Assembly: GCA_040752415.1 (NCBI GenBank)
Contig: JBFMGU010000012.1
Location: forward strand, 1 to 64,000
DNA from: Myxococcota bacterium
GTDB taxonomy: Bacteria > Myxococcota > JACRCW01
Reading direction: 5' to 3'
Length of the DNA stretch: 64,000 nt
Under the pieces are notes generated by a model. It had not been told where the DNA came from. It worked only from the letters and a program-made list of their open reading frames with translations, and ran no database searches. Positions 19,645 through 29,592 of this stretch are shown one piece after another (the first letter of the stretch is position 1; each line of letters begins with the position of its first letter). A program made the position numbers and the translations under genes.

Positions 19645-19760
19645 GTCCTCGTTTTCGGCACACCCCTGGCGGAACCTGAGGGCGTGATCCCGCGGTGCCA
19701 CGTTTCCGTCGCGTGACAGCGCTTTGACCCGGCACAAGCCCGTCTCCCTCGAGGAACCGC

Positions 19761-19776
19761 TGGCGCGGGCCTTGCT
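19761..19776 (+). promoter_or_regulatory. Sigma54 promoter of the flgF operon
   Basis: TGGCGCGGGCCTTGCT. Confidence 0.7.
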
Positions 19777-19799
19777 CTCCGCACCCCCTGGAGGCTCCC

Positions 19800-20507
19800 A
19801 TGACGGACGGCTTGTACGTGGGCATGACGGCGGCAACGGCACGGGCCCAACAACTCGAGGCCGTGGCCGACAACCTGGCCAACGCACAGACACCGGGCTT
19901 CAAGGCCACCACGCCCACGTTCGAGACCTACATGGTCGGCGACGGATCCTCGCAGGCGCCGTACGTCGTCGCCTCCTCCACCAACGTGGACCGACGAGAG
20001 GGCACCACGGTCATCAGCGGAAATCCCCTGGACGTGGTGCCGGAAGGGGACCTCTTCCTGGCGGTCTCCATGCCGGGCGGACAACGCGGCTTCACGCGCG
20101 CGGGCCGCCTCTCCGTCGACGCGAGTGGCATGCTCTCCGCGGCGGGGCATCCGCTGCTCGGCGCCAGCGGCGGGCCCATCCTGGTGCCACCGGGGGCCGC
20201 GCCCACCATCCGGGAAAACGGTGAGGTCGTCGTCGCGGGCAGCGTCGTCGACAGCATCTCCCTGTTCAAGCTCGAAGGAGAGCTGCAGCGCGTGGGCCCC
20301 AGCCTCCTGCTGCCGCAGGGCAAGGCCGTGCCGCAGGGCGAAACGCGCCTCCGCGTGGGTGAGCTGGAGATGGGCAACGGCAACATGCTCGACGCCGCGG
20401 TGCAGCTCGTGGCGGTGCAACGTCACTTCGACAACGCCATCCAGGCCATCCAGACCTACCGCAAGATGGATTCGCAGGCGGTGGAGCTGGGCCGCGTCCG
20501 CGGTTGA
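19800..20507 (+). CDS. flgF: Basal-body rod protein FlgF
   Basis: VADNLANAQTPGFK, GNPLDV, FTRAG; upstream of flgG. Confidence 0.85.
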   Translation: MTDGLYVGMTAATARAQQLEAVADNLANAQTPGFKATTPTFETYMVGDGSSQAPYVVASSTNVDRREGTTVISGNPLDVVPEGDLFLAVSMPGGQRGFTRAGRLSVDASGMLSAAGHPLLGASGGPILVPPGAAPTIRENGEVVVAGSVVDSISLFKLEGELQRVGPSLLLPQGKAVPQGETRLRVGELEMGNGNMLDAAVQLVAVQRHFDNAIQAIQTYRKMDSQAVELGRVRG

Positions 20508-20531
20508 TCACGACGAGAAAGGAACCGTTCC

Positions 20532-21317
20532 ATGCTCCGCTCCCTCTACACCGCCGCCACCGGCATGCAGGCCCAGCAGCTCCGCCTGGACATCACCGCG
20601 CACAACCTGGCCAACGCGAGCACCACCGGTTTCAAGAAAGGTCGTGCGGATTTCGAGGACCTGCTCTCGGAGACCATCCGGCCCGCCACCGGCCCGCAAG
20701 CCGGCAACGGTGGTTCACCCACGCCGCTGGAGGTGGGGCTGGGAACGCGCCTCAGCTCGACGACACGCTTCCTGGCCCAGGGCGACATGGTGGCCACCAA
20801 CAATCCGCTCGACGTGTCCATTGAGGGCAACGGCTTCTTCGCTGTGCAGCGACCCAATGGCGATGCGGCCTTCACCCGCGCGGGCAACTTCCGCGTCGAC
20901 GCCACGGGCCGGCTGGTGACCGCGCACGGGGACCTGGTGGAGCCCGGCATCACGGTGCCGCAGGAGGCGCTGTCCGTGGCCATCAAGCCGGATGGCGTCG
21001 TGCAGGCGCAGGTGCCGGGCCGCGGCGAGCCGGTGCAGCTGGGGGTGCTGGAGCTGGTGACGTTCACCAATCCCGGCGGCCTGGAGAGCATGGGCAACAA
21101 CCTGCTGCGCGCCACCGAGGCCAGCGGCGAGCCCCAACGCGTGCGCCCCGGTGAAGACGGCACCGGCGCGCTGGCGCAGGGCTACCTGGAAGGCTCCAAC
21201 GTCGAGGCGGCCACCGAGATGATCGACATGATCGTCACGCAGCGCGCGTTCGAGATGAGCTCCAAGGTCATCCAGACCACCGACCAGATGCTGCAGAAGC
21301 TGACGAACCTGCGGTGA
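20532..21317 (+). CDS. flgG: Distal rod protein FlgG
   Basis: MLRSLYTAATGMQAQQ..LD..AHNLAN, QGYLEGSNV, QRAFE. Confidence 0.95.
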   Translation: MLRSLYTAATGMQAQQLRLDITAHNLANASTTGFKKGRADFEDLLSETIRPATGPQAGNGGSPTPLEVGLGTRLSSTTRFLAQGDMVATNNPLDVSIEGNGFFAVQRPNGDAAFTRAGNFRVDATGRLVTAHGDLVEPGITVPQEALSVAIKPDGVVQAQVPGRGEPVQLGVLELVTFTNPGGLESMGNNLLRATEASGEPQRVRPGEDGTGALAQGYLEGSNVEAATEMIDMIVTQRAFEMSSKVIQTTDQMLQKLTNLR

Positions 21318-21321
21318 TGCC

Positions 21322-21954
21322 ATGACGCGCGCGCTCGCCCTTCTCGTGTTCGTGTGGTCGGCGGGAGCTGCCGGTGCGCCGGACCCTGCGCGTGCGCTCG
21401 TCGTGGAGACGCTGCGGTCCAGGGCCGAGGTGGTGGGAAGCCGCGTGGAGGTGTCGTCGGTGCGGTGGCATCTCCCGCGTGGATGCGCGCCGGAGCGCGT
21501 CAACCCGCAGGCGCCGCTGCGCACGTCGGGAAGGGTGTCGCTCGTCGTGGAGGGAGCGGGTTGTCGCGGCGTGGCCACGGCAGTGGTGAAGGTGTTTGCA
21601 CCGGTGTGGGTGAGCACTGCGCCCGTCGAGGCCGGGGGGCGGATGGAGGGACGCGTCACGCGCAAGGAACGAGAGCTCCGTCCGGGCATGCAACCCTGGT
21701 TGAGCGAGGCGCCTCCGCAGGTGGCCGCGCGCGCGCTGGGGGTTGGCGTCGTCGTCGAGGAGAAACACGTGCGTGCCGTGGGTCCCGCGGCGGGTGAGTC
21801 GGTGCGCGTGGTGGCGCAGGTGGGCGCGGTCCGGATTGCCCAGGTGGGTCGAGTCACGCCGTGCGCCGGTCCGTGGATCTGCGCGCAGCTCCCCGGCGGT
21901 CGTCGCGTGGAAGGACGCATGCGCGAGGGCGAGCTGGTGGTGGAGGTGCCATGA
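21322..21954 (+). CDS. flgA: P-ring chaperone FlgA (divergent)
   Basis: Signal peptide; SAF-like C-terminus; lies between flgG and flgH. Confidence 0.65.
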   Translation: MTRALALLVFVWSAGAAGAPDPARALVVETLRSRAEVVGSRVEVSSVRWHLPRGCAPERVNPQAPLRTSGRVSLVVEGAGCRGVATAVVKVFAPVWVSTAPVEAGGRMEGRVTRKERELRPGMQPWLSEAPPQVAARALGVGVVVEEKHVRAVGPAAGESVRVVAQVGAVRIAQVGRVTPCAGPWICAQLPGGRRVEGRMREGELVVEVP

Positions 21955-22646
21955 GCACGCGTTGGTGGTGGGGATGGATGTTTGCCGTGGTGATGGGCTG
22001 TGGTCCGGCCCATATTGCTCCCTACACGCCCAAGGAGCGGGCCTACCCGCCACCGCCGCCGCCACCGTCGGGTGAGACGGCCTCGGAGGGAAGCCTGCTC
22101 AAGCCCGGCAGCACCGGCTCCTTGTACACCGACGCGCGCGCGTTCCGGGAGAACGACATCGTCATCGTCAAGGTGGTGGAAGAGGCGGATGCGCAGCGTC
22201 GGGCGGACACGGAGCTGGGCAAGCGCTCGTCGGTCAGCTCGGTGCTCAACGCATTGCCGTTCCTGGACCGCTTCATCAATCCCAATCCCGCCCTGGACCT
22301 GCCGCGGGAGTCGCGCATGGATGGCCAGCACGACATGTCCTTCGAGGGAAAGGGTGCCACCGGCCGCAGTGAGCGCTTTGTGGCCACCGTGCCCGTGGTG
22401 GTCCGACGCGTGCTGCCCAATGGCAACCTCTTCGTCGAGGGACACCGCGTCATCCTGGTCAACAACGAGGAGCACCACTTCTACGTCTCGGGCGTGATCC
22501 GTCCCATCGACATCGAGCAGGACAACACCATCCGCAGCTCGCAGGTTGCCGACGCGGAGATCGAGTTCGTGGGGCGTGGTCGCATGAGCGACGCGCAGGA
22601 GCAGGGCTGGTTCAGCCGGTTCATCTCCTGGCTCTCGCCCTTCTGA
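21951..22646 (+). CDS. flgH: L-ring lipoprotein FlgH
   Basis: Lipobox VMGC; LYTD.RA...DIV.V, VLPNGNL.VEG, SGVIRP.DI..DN.I.S..VADA. Confidence 0.93.
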   Translation: MSTRWWWGWMFAVVMGCGPAHIAPYTPKERAYPPPPPPPSGETASEGSLLKPGSTGSLYTDARAFRENDIVIVKVVEEADAQRRADTELGKRSSVSSVLNALPFLDRFINPNPALDLPRESRMDGQHDMSFEGKGATGRSERFVATVPVVVRRVLPNGNLFVEGHRVILVNNEEHHFYVSGVIRPIDIEQDNTIRSSQVADAEIEFVGRGRMSDAQEQGWFSRFISWLSPF

Positions 22647-22658
22647 GAGGAGGACGCC

Positions 22659-23753
22659 ATGTGGCGACGCAACCTGTTGCTCACCTTGCTGCTGGCCCTG
22701 CTCCCGACGACGGGACACGCGGGCGCGCGGCTCAAGGAGCTGGCGGACGTTCGCGGGGTGCGCGACAACATGCTGCTGGGATACGGGCTTGTCGTCGGGC
22801 TTTCCGGAACGGGCGACTCCGAGCAGGTGCTCTTCACCGTGCAATCCCTCAGCGGCATGCTGGGCCGCCTGGGCGTGCGGGTGAGTCCGCAGGACATCCG
22901 CATGCGCAACGTGGCGGCCGTCATGGTCACCGCGCGGCTGCCCGCGTTCATGCGCCCCGGCTCGAGCATCGACGTGCACGTCTCCTCCCTGGGCAACGCG
23001 CGCTCCCTCTCCGGCGGCGTGCTGCTCCTCACCCCGCTGCAGGGTCCCGACGGAAACGTGTACGCGCTCTCGCAGGGACCGGTGCAGGTGGGCGGGTTTG
23101 ACGCTTCCACGCCCGGCGGCGCGGTGCGCAAGAACCAGGCAACCACGGGACACATTCCCGGCGGTGGCGTCGTCGAGAAAGCGGTGATGCCCGCGCTGGA
23201 AGGCGCTCCGCTGGTGCTGGATCTCAAGAAGCCCGACTTCACCACCGCGGAACGCGTGGCCCGCGCCATCAATGAGAGCCAGGGCATGAACGTGGCCACC
23301 GCCCTCGACGCTGCCGCGGTGGAGGTGCGCTTCCCGCCGGAACACGTCGGTCAGACCGTGGCGTTCATCTCGCGCCTGGAGCAGTTGGAGGTGGAGCCGG
23401 ATCGACGTGCGCGCGTGGTCATCAGCGAGCGCACCGGTACCGTCGTGGCGGGGGAGGGCGTGCGCATCCGCGCGGTGGCCATTGCGCACGGTGGGCTGCA
23501 GGTCACCGTGGCGTCCCGTCCCGTCATCTCGCAACCGGGTCCGTTCTCGAGCGGAAAGACGGTGGCCGCGCAGCAGGACCAGGTGGACGCGCGCGAGGAG
23601 CGCAACGCGGTGGTGGCACTTCCCGCCACGGCCACGGTGCAGGAGCTGGTGCAGGCCCTCAACGCACTGGGTGTCACGCCGCGCGACCTCATCTCCATCC
23701 TGCAAGCCATCAAGGCCGCGGGTGCGCTCGACGCCGAGCTGGAGGTCCTATGA
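22659..23753 (+). CDS. flgI: P-ring protein FlgI
   Basis: RLKELADV.GVRDN.L.GYGLVVGL.GTGD, ERTGTVV, LQAIKAAGAL.AEL. Confidence 0.96.
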   Translation: MWRRNLLLTLLLALLPTTGHAGARLKELADVRGVRDNMLLGYGLVVGLSGTGDSEQVLFTVQSLSGMLGRLGVRVSPQDIRMRNVAAVMVTARLPAFMRPGSSIDVHVSSLGNARSLSGGVLLLTPLQGPDGNVYALSQGPVQVGGFDASTPGGAVRKNQATTGHIPGGGVVEKAVMPALEGAPLVLDLKKPDFTTAERVARAINESQGMNVATALDAAAVEVRFPPEHVGQTVAFISRLEQLEVEPDRRARVVISERTGTVVAGEGVRIRAVAIAHGGLQVTVASRPVISQPGPFSSGKTVAAQQDQVDAREERNAVVALPATATVQELVQALNALGVTPRDLISILQAIKAAGALDAELEVL

Positions 23754-24376
23754 GCCAACCCGTCATCCCCGCCGGCGGTCCCAACGCCATGCTCGAGGAA
23801 GCACTGGTGAAACAGCTGCTGCGCACCAGCGGCGCGTTCGGCACCGGCTCGTCGGGAACGCTGTACGCGGACATGTTCGTCGACGCGTTGGCGCAGGCCC
23901 TGGCGCAGAACGGCGGACTGGGAATCATGGAGCGACCCGGAACACGCGCGGGTGGTGCGGTGCTGCCAGCGTCGACGGGGTTGACCAGCGGATTTGGCCC
24001 GCGTGCCGACCCGCTGACGGGCCAGGCGTCGGAGCACCACGGCTGGGACCTGGCGGCGCCCACCGGCAGCCCGTTCCACACCGCCAGCGACGGAATCGTG
24101 ACGCGGGTGGGACGGGACGAGGGTTACGGCAATTTCGTGGAAGTGTCCCACCCGGATGGCACGCACACCTTGTACGCACATGCGGAAGAGGTGACGGTGC
24201 GCGCCGGGCAGGCGGTGCGTCGGGGGGAGCAGCTGGGACGGGTGGGACAGACGGGGCGCGCCACCGGGCCGCACCTGCACCTGGAGGTCCGCGTGGCGGG
24301 GCGACCGGTGGATCCGGGGCGTGCGCTTATCGCCTACCGGACCCGTGCCGAAGAGCTGGTTGCAGGGAAGCGTTGA
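23750..24376 (+). CDS. flgJ: FlgJ-like rod-binding stub fused to an M23 peptidase
   Basis: N-terminal E..LVKQLL...YADMF..ALAQ..A..GGLGI; M23 motifs HHGWD, YAH, TGPHLHLE. Confidence 0.75.
   Translation: MSQPVIPAGGPNAMLEEALVKQLLRTSGAFGTGSSGTLYADMFVDALAQALAQNGGLGIMERPGTRAGGAVLPASTGLTSGFGPRADPLTGQASEHHGWDLAAPTGSPFHTASDGIVTRVGRDEGYGNFVEVSHPDGTHTLYAHAEEVTVRAGQAVRRGEQLGRVGQTGRATGPHLHLEVRVAGRPVDPGRALIAYRTRAEELVAGKR
24327..24354 (+). promoter_or_regulatory. Putative sigma28 promoter of flgM-flgN
   Basis: TTATC-N15-GCCGAAGA. Confidence 0.5.
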
Positions 24377-24393
24377 CTTCCGGAGGTGATGCC

Positions 24394-24681
24394 ATGCGCA
24401 TCAAGGAAACAACCGAAGTCGGAGCGCTGCGCCCGGAAACCCCGGTGGAGAGCCGTGGCCCGCCGCAGAAGACCGAGACGACGGCGCCACCGGCCGCCCA
24501 GGTGGCCATCTCCATTGCAAATGCTCGCGCCGCCGCCGACGCCGCCCGCAGCGCCCGTCTGCAGGAGATTCGCGCCGCGGTGGAGCGCGGGACCTACAAG
24601 CCGGACCCCGGCCGCATTGCCGACCAGATCCTGGAAGCCGCGGAGATCAATGCCCGGCTGCGCACACTGCTGATTCCGTGA
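24394..24681 (+). CDS. flgM: Anti-sigma28 factor FlgM
   Basis: R.ARLQEIRAAVERGTYKPD..RIA..IL; RBS GGAGG. Confidence 0.88.
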   Translation: MRIKETTEVGALRPETPVESRGPPQKTETTAPPAAQVAISIANARAAADAARSARLQEIRAAVERGTYKPDPGRIADQILEAAEINARLRTLLIP

Positions 24682-24692
24682 AGGAGAACACC

Positions 24693-25121
24693 ATGCTCGC
24701 GGGCCACGCTCGGGAATGCCTGGATGCACTGGAGGGCGAGCTGCGCCGGGAGCTGGAAGCGGTGCAGCGTTGGCCCGCGCTGCTGGGCCGGATGGACGCA
24801 CCGGGGTTGCACGCGCTGGCCGCGGAGCGCACGCAGCGTCAGGAAAATGTCACGGCGCTGCAGCGCGCGCTGCAGGAGGCGCTGGACACGCTGTCCGCCG
24901 AGGAGCGCGCGTCTCCCGAGGTGACCGCAGCGCTCGCCCGCACGCGCGCCCTGGCGCGACGACTGCATCAGGCAGATGCACAACATCACGCGCTGGCCTC
25001 GTCGGCGTTGCGGCTGGTGCGGCAGTACGTGGGCGCGCTGGCCCCGCCACCGGCGGCCTACACCCGGCAGGGACGCGCGCTGCCCACGTCGGTGCCCTCC
25101 GCCCTCCGACGTCGCGCCTGA
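24693..25121 (+). CDS. flgN: Export chaperone FlgN
   Basis: Helical ~140-aa protein with terminal Y...G motif; lies between flgM and flgK. Confidence 0.7.
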   Translation: MLAGHARECLDALEGELRRELEAVQRWPALLGRMDAPGLHALAAERTQRQENVTALQRALQEALDTLSAEERASPEVTAALARTRALARRLHQADAQHHALASSALRLVRQYVGALAPPPAAYTRQGRALPTSVPSALRRRA

Positions 25122-25130
25122 GGAGATCCC

Positions 25131-26507
25131 ATGAGCAGCCTCCTGGGTTTGTTGGCGCAGAGCGGGATGAGCCTGGGTGCGCACAGCGCGGCATCCGCCA
25201 CCGCCAGCCACAACCTGCAGAACGCCAACACCCCCGGCTACGCGCGCCAGCGTGAGGCGCTTTCCGCCGTCATCCCGTCGGAGCTGGTGGGGGGCGCGTT
25301 CGTGGGACGTGGCGTGGAGCTGCTCACCATTGCCCAGGCGCGCGACCGTTTCCTGGAAGCACAGATCCCCGGAGCTTTGGCCGCGGCGGCCAGCTCGTCG
25401 GCGGAAGCGGAGGCGCTGCGCTCGGTGGCCGCGCTGGATCCCGACGCCGCGGGTGGCATGGTGGACGCGCTGGGAGCGTTCTTCTCGTCGCTGCGCCAGC
25501 TCTCGCAGGATCCCGGCAACACCAGCCTGCGCACCGCCGTGATTGCTTCCGCGCAGGGGCTTGGCCACGCGTTCAACCGCACCGCGCAGGAGCTCGACGA
25601 CGCACGGGTGGCGCTGGACCGCAGCGCGGAGGGCCGGGTGGCCAGCATCAACGCCGCGTCCGCCGCCATGGCCGAGCTGAACCGTTCCATCCGCGTGGCG
25701 CGCGCCTCGGGTGCCGAGCCCAATGACCTGCTGGATGCGCGCTTGCGCCTGCGCGACGAGCTGGCTGCGCTCACCGGCGCCAGCGCCGTTCCCGACGGAG
25801 ACGGCAACATCAACATGGTCCTTCCCGGGGGCGGCTCGCTGGTGGGCGGGGACCGCGCGGCGCAGCTGGGCACCACGCCTAACGCCGCCAACGGTGGGCA
25901 CGTGGCCATCACGCTGCGCTCCGCCGACGGACAGACGCGCACCCTCACCTCGGGATCGCTCGGCGGCACGCTGGGCGGAGAGCTGGCCGCGCGCGACGGT
26001 GCGCTGGCGCAGGCACAGGCGGCGCTGGATGCGTTGGCCTTTGACGTCGGTGGCGCGCTCAACGCGGTGCACCGTGGGGGCGTGGGGCTCGACGGGAGCA
26101 CGGGTCGGGACCTCTTCTCCGTCGGGGCCACCGCTGCCGGCGCGGCGCGGCGCATCCAGGTTGACCCCGCGGTGCTCGCCGACTCACGGGCGTTCGCCGC
26201 CTCCAGCTCGGGTGCCACGGGCGACGGCGCCAACCTCGCCGCGTTGCTCTCCGTCGAGCAGCAGGCGGGTGAGGGCCTGGGCCGCATCCTCTCCGACTAC
26301 GGCGTGGCGGCGCAGGGCGCGGACATCCGTCGTCAACACGGTGAAGCCCAACGCGATCACCTGCAGGCCCTGCGCGAGTCCGCCTCCGGCGTTTCCATTG
26401 ACGAGGAGCTGATCCACATGACGCAGGCCCAGCGCGCGTACGAGGCGGTGATGCGCGTCATCAAGACCGCCGACGAGATGCTGGGCACATTGATGGAGCT
26501 GAAGTGA
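25131..26507 (+). CDS. flgK: Hook-associated protein FlgK
   Basis: SHNLQNANTPGYARQ, PNDLLD.R, SGVSIDEE...Q.AY.A. Confidence 0.95.
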   Translation: MSSLLGLLAQSGMSLGAHSAASATASHNLQNANTPGYARQREALSAVIPSELVGGAFVGRGVELLTIAQARDRFLEAQIPGALAAAASSSAEAEALRSVAALDPDAAGGMVDALGAFFSSLRQLSQDPGNTSLRTAVIASAQGLGHAFNRTAQELDDARVALDRSAEGRVASINAASAAMAELNRSIRVARASGAEPNDLLDARLRLRDELAALTGASAVPDGDGNINMVLPGGGSLVGGDRAAQLGTTPNAANGGHVAITLRSADGQTRTLTSGSLGGTLGGELAARDGALAQAQAALDALAFDVGGALNAVHRGGVGLDGSTGRDLFSVGATAAGAARRIQVDPAVLADSRAFAASSSGATGDGANLAALLSVEQQAGEGLGRILSDYGVAAQGADIRRQHGEAQRDHLQALRESASGVSIDEELIHMTQAQRAYEAVMRVIKTADEMLGTLMELK

Positions 26508-26517
26508 GGGAGGCGCC

Positions 26518-27402
26518 ATGCGGGTGACCGATCGCATGATCTTCGAGAACGCGCGCCGCGACACGATGGCGGCACGTCAGCGCCTGGAGGACGCCACGCG
26601 TGAGGCCAGCACCGGGATGCGCGTGACCCATCCCTGGGATGACCCGGCGGCAACGGGGCTCCTGGTGCAGCGTCGCCTGGCCGGTGCGCGCTGGGACGCG
26701 CAGCGGACTTCCGTGGAGCGCGCGGCCGACGAGCTTTCCGTGGCCGACTCCGCGCTGGATTCCGTGGCCAACGCGGTCTCCCGCGCGCAGCAGCTGGCCG
26801 TGCAGCTTTCCAACGCCACCTACTCGGCGGGCGACCGCGCCGGCGCCGCGCGCGAGGTGCAGGGCCTGATCTCCGACGTCATCGGGACGCTGAACCGCCA
26901 GGTGGGCAACCGCTACATCTTCGGTGGAACCGCCGACGGGGCGCCGCCGTTCGACGCCACCGGTGCCTACCAGGGCGACGCCAACGTGCGCAGCGTGGAG
27001 GTGATGCCCGGTGTCAACGTGAACACCAGCGTGCGCGCGGATGTGTATCTCCAGGGTTCCGGCGGCGGTGTCGACGTGCTGGACACGCTGCGGACACTCC
27101 AGGCCGCCCTGGAGAACAACGACCCGGCCGCCATCTCCGGCACGCTTGATGACCTGGCGACGGGCGTGGACCAGGTGGCGCGGGCGCGCGCGGAGGCGGG
27201 GGCGAACACGCTTCTGCTGGATTCCGCGGCGGCGGCCGCGCGGGTGGCGTCGGACCAGGAGGTGGTGGCAGGCGCCGCGCTCAGCGAGGTGGATGTCATT
27301 GATGCCGCCACGCGGCTGGCCCACGCCGAGCGCGCCCTGGAGGCGGCGTTGGCGGCGACGTCGCGCAGCTTCGCCAAGACGCTCCTGGACACGTTGAGAT
27401 GA
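26518..27402 (+). CDS. flgL: Hook-associated protein FlgL
   Basis: MRVTD, STG.RV..P.DDP, N....RYIFGG. Confidence 0.92.
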   Translation: MRVTDRMIFENARRDTMAARQRLEDATREASTGMRVTHPWDDPAATGLLVQRRLAGARWDAQRTSVERAADELSVADSALDSVANAVSRAQQLAVQLSNATYSAGDRAGAAREVQGLISDVIGTLNRQVGNRYIFGGTADGAPPFDATGAYQGDANVRSVEVMPGVNVNTSVRADVYLQGSGGGVDVLDTLRTLQAALENNDPAAISGTLDDLATGVDQVARARAEAGANTLLLDSAAAAARVASDQEVVAGAALSEVDVIDAATRLAHAERALEAALAATSRSFAKTLLDTLR

Positions 27403-27405
27403 CGC

Positions 27406-29592
27406 ATGTTGTCTCCCGTCCTCGACCTCGGCTTCCGTCCCTCCACGAGCCCGCAGGCGAGCGCTGAGCGGAAGCTGGCAGCGGCGGTGCGTTGGCGCAT
27501 GCGGCTCCAGCGCCGTGTCATGGGCGAGCCCGTGGCGACGGCGTTGTCCTGCGTGGCCACGTTGCTCAGCGTGGCGGTGGGGCTCCCGGACCTGGATGAT
27601 CGTCCGCCGGGAATTGCCGGCTTCTTTCCGCGGCAGCGTTCCCTGCGAATGCTGCAGCAGTGGGGCCTGCGCGTGCTTCCCGGCCTGGTCCTCCGCCGCA
27701 ACAGCATCTCCGCGCTCCTCGCTTTTCCCGACGAGCGGAGCTGGCGGGTGGTGCTCCTGTTGGATCCGGGCATGGCGCCGGGGACGCGGGACGCGCTGCA
27801 GCGACGCGTCGACGCGATCCGCGCGCTGGTGGCGCGTCACGGCGTGTCGTTGCGACTGGAGCTGGTGGACGCGCTCTCCCACGCCGACGTGATGGAGCTG
27901 GCGCTGAATGGTGTGTGCGTGGCGGGTCGTGTGCCGGAGAGCGCCTGGCGTGTGGCCGCGCCCGGCGCCTGGAACGTGGTGGGCTTCCGCGCGTTGCTGC
28001 GCCGGATGACGTCGGATTTCCGGTGGTTGGCCACGCTGATGGCGCACTCCTCGAGCCCACGCGCCTGGGTGGACTCGGTGTTGGCGGAGTGTGCTGCCCT
28101 CTCCGGCGTCCTGCTCGCGGATCCCGACGTGGTGGCGTGGGCCGCGCTGCGTGGTCGCGCGGAGCAGGTGCTGATGCGCCAGGTGCTGAGGCAGTCCACC
28201 ACCGTCGACCGCACCGCCCGCTGGGCCCTGGGCAACGCCGCGCCGCGCGTGTCCTGGTTCGCGCCGCCGGGCGCGCTCCTCGGCGACACCACCACCGCGG
28301 AGCTGCTGGCGTTGGGACGTGAGCTGCGCGGCAGCGTCGTGGTTCACGCGCGCCGTCCTCCCCTGGCCGAGCGCGTGGCGACGCGCGCCGAGGTCCGCGA
28401 GCGCGTGGGCTGGGGCATGCCACGACTGCTGTGGCGGACCCTGGCGTCCCAGCTTCCCGTCGGGAGCGGCGAGGCGCCGTGGTTCCTGCAGGCGCGTTGG
28501 GATGTGCGGGGACGTGCGGTGGTGCACCATCCCGACGGCGCGGTGTTCACGCGCGGGCTCACGCCGCTGCAGGCGCAGGCCCGGGCGGTCTGGTTGGTGC
28601 TGCAGTGCCATGGCGACCGCGCGATCCGCCCGCTGCTCCCCGAGCCGTGGCGTCGTCTGGCGGACGCGCGCGCTCCGTCCTCGCTTGCCCTGGCGCAGGC
28701 CACTGGCGCCGAGCACGAGGTGTTGTGCGTGGACCTCCCGCGCGCCGGTCCCATCGCGGCGCACCGCATGTCCGTGACGGGCGCGCTGCGCTGGATGGCG
28801 CCCCTGGAACGACGTCGTCGGCTCAGCGTGGAGGCGGTGTCTCCCGCGGCCTCGCCGCTGGTGGCAACGCTGAAGCAGGTGCTGCAACACGAGGGCGACG
28901 CGCGCGAAGCGCCACGCCTCCTCCAGCTGGGTGAGCAGCTGCACGTCTTGACGGGGCGGGGTGCTCGCGCCGTGCCCCTGCGCCGTGCGTTACGCCGTCC
29001 GCTCGTCGTGGATGAGCTGCGCTCTTACCCGGGCGCGCTGACCGCCGGACTGGTTGCCGGGGCCCTGCCCGGGGTGCATCACAGCGCGGTGCATTGTCAT
29101 ATCTCCGTCGACGCGGAAGGAGCGGCGCGCCTCACCTACCGGGACACGCTGGGCACGTGGATGACCGAGCCGGTGCGCATGTCCGTTCTCGAGCTGCACC
29201 TGCGCGCCACGCGCGAGATGCTGCAGAACGCTCGCAACCCGGTGGCGCTGCTGCTCACCGCGGACCCGCTGGCCGCCCGACAGGTCCAGCGCGCCGCGCC
29301 GCCGCCGTCGTTGGTGACACGTGTGGAGGTGTGGGGAACGCTGCCGTGGGGCCTGGTGCTCAACGTCGACGGCGAGCTGTTCTCCGGTGGGGATGGCTGG
29401 CACGCCGCTGCGCTGGCGGTGAGCTCGCGCTGGCCCCTGACCGAGCGCGCCGCGCTGGATGTCCGCGCGCAGGCCAACGCACCGGGAATGACCACGGCCA
29501 TGGCCTGCCTGTGGGCGCGCTCCCTGGTGATCCGGCGCATGGAAAACCGCCTGCGCCTGCTGGGCGCCACTTATCAGCTCCCCGGGCGGTGA
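27406..29592 (+). CDS. Hypothetical 728-aa protein resembling a degenerate class I adenylate cyclase
   Basis: Long ORF tightly packed between flgL and fliC; N-terminal blocks resemble CyaA by eye but lack the GS...DxD motif. Confidence 0.55.
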   Translation: MLSPVLDLGFRPSTSPQASAERKLAAAVRWRMRLQRRVMGEPVATALSCVATLLSVAVGLPDLDDRPPGIAGFFPRQRSLRMLQQWGLRVLPGLVLRRNSISALLAFPDERSWRVVLLLDPGMAPGTRDALQRRVDAIRALVARHGVSLRLELVDALSHADVMELALNGVCVAGRVPESAWRVAAPGAWNVVGFRALLRRMTSDFRWLATLMAHSSSPRAWVDSVLAECAALSGVLLADPDVVAWAALRGRAEQVLMRQVLRQSTTVDRTARWALGNAAPRVSWFAPPGALLGDTTTAELLALGRELRGSVVVHARRPPLAERVATRAEVRERVGWGMPRLLWRTLASQLPVGSGEAPWFLQARWDVRGRAVVHHPDGAVFTRGLTPLQAQARAVWLVLQCHGDRAIRPLLPEPWRRLADARAPSSLALAQATGAEHEVLCVDLPRAGPIAAHRMSVTGALRWMAPLERRRRLSVEAVSPAASPLVATLKQVLQHEGDAREAPRLLQLGEQLHVLTGRGARAVPLRRALRRPLVVDELRSYPGALTAGLVAGALPGVHHSAVHCHISVDAEGAARLTYRDTLGTWMTEPVRMSVLELHLRATREMLQNARNPVALLLTADPLAARQVQRAAPPPSLVTRVEVWGTLPWGLVLNVDGELFSGGDGWHAAALAVSSRWPLTERAALDVRAQANAPGMTTAMACLWARSLVIRRMENRLRLLGATYQLPGR

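Noticed and set aside
19685..19700. Sigma54 promoter for fliJ (minus-strand TGGCAC)
   Set aside because: The -12 position reads TC rather than GC at the required spacing
20715..23705. 996-aa minus-strand ORF (likewise 292-2421, 12812-15514, 26461-28944, 42951-45905, 49240-51429)
   Set aside because: Antisense shadows of well-supported genes, expected in high-GC DNA; no recognisable motifs
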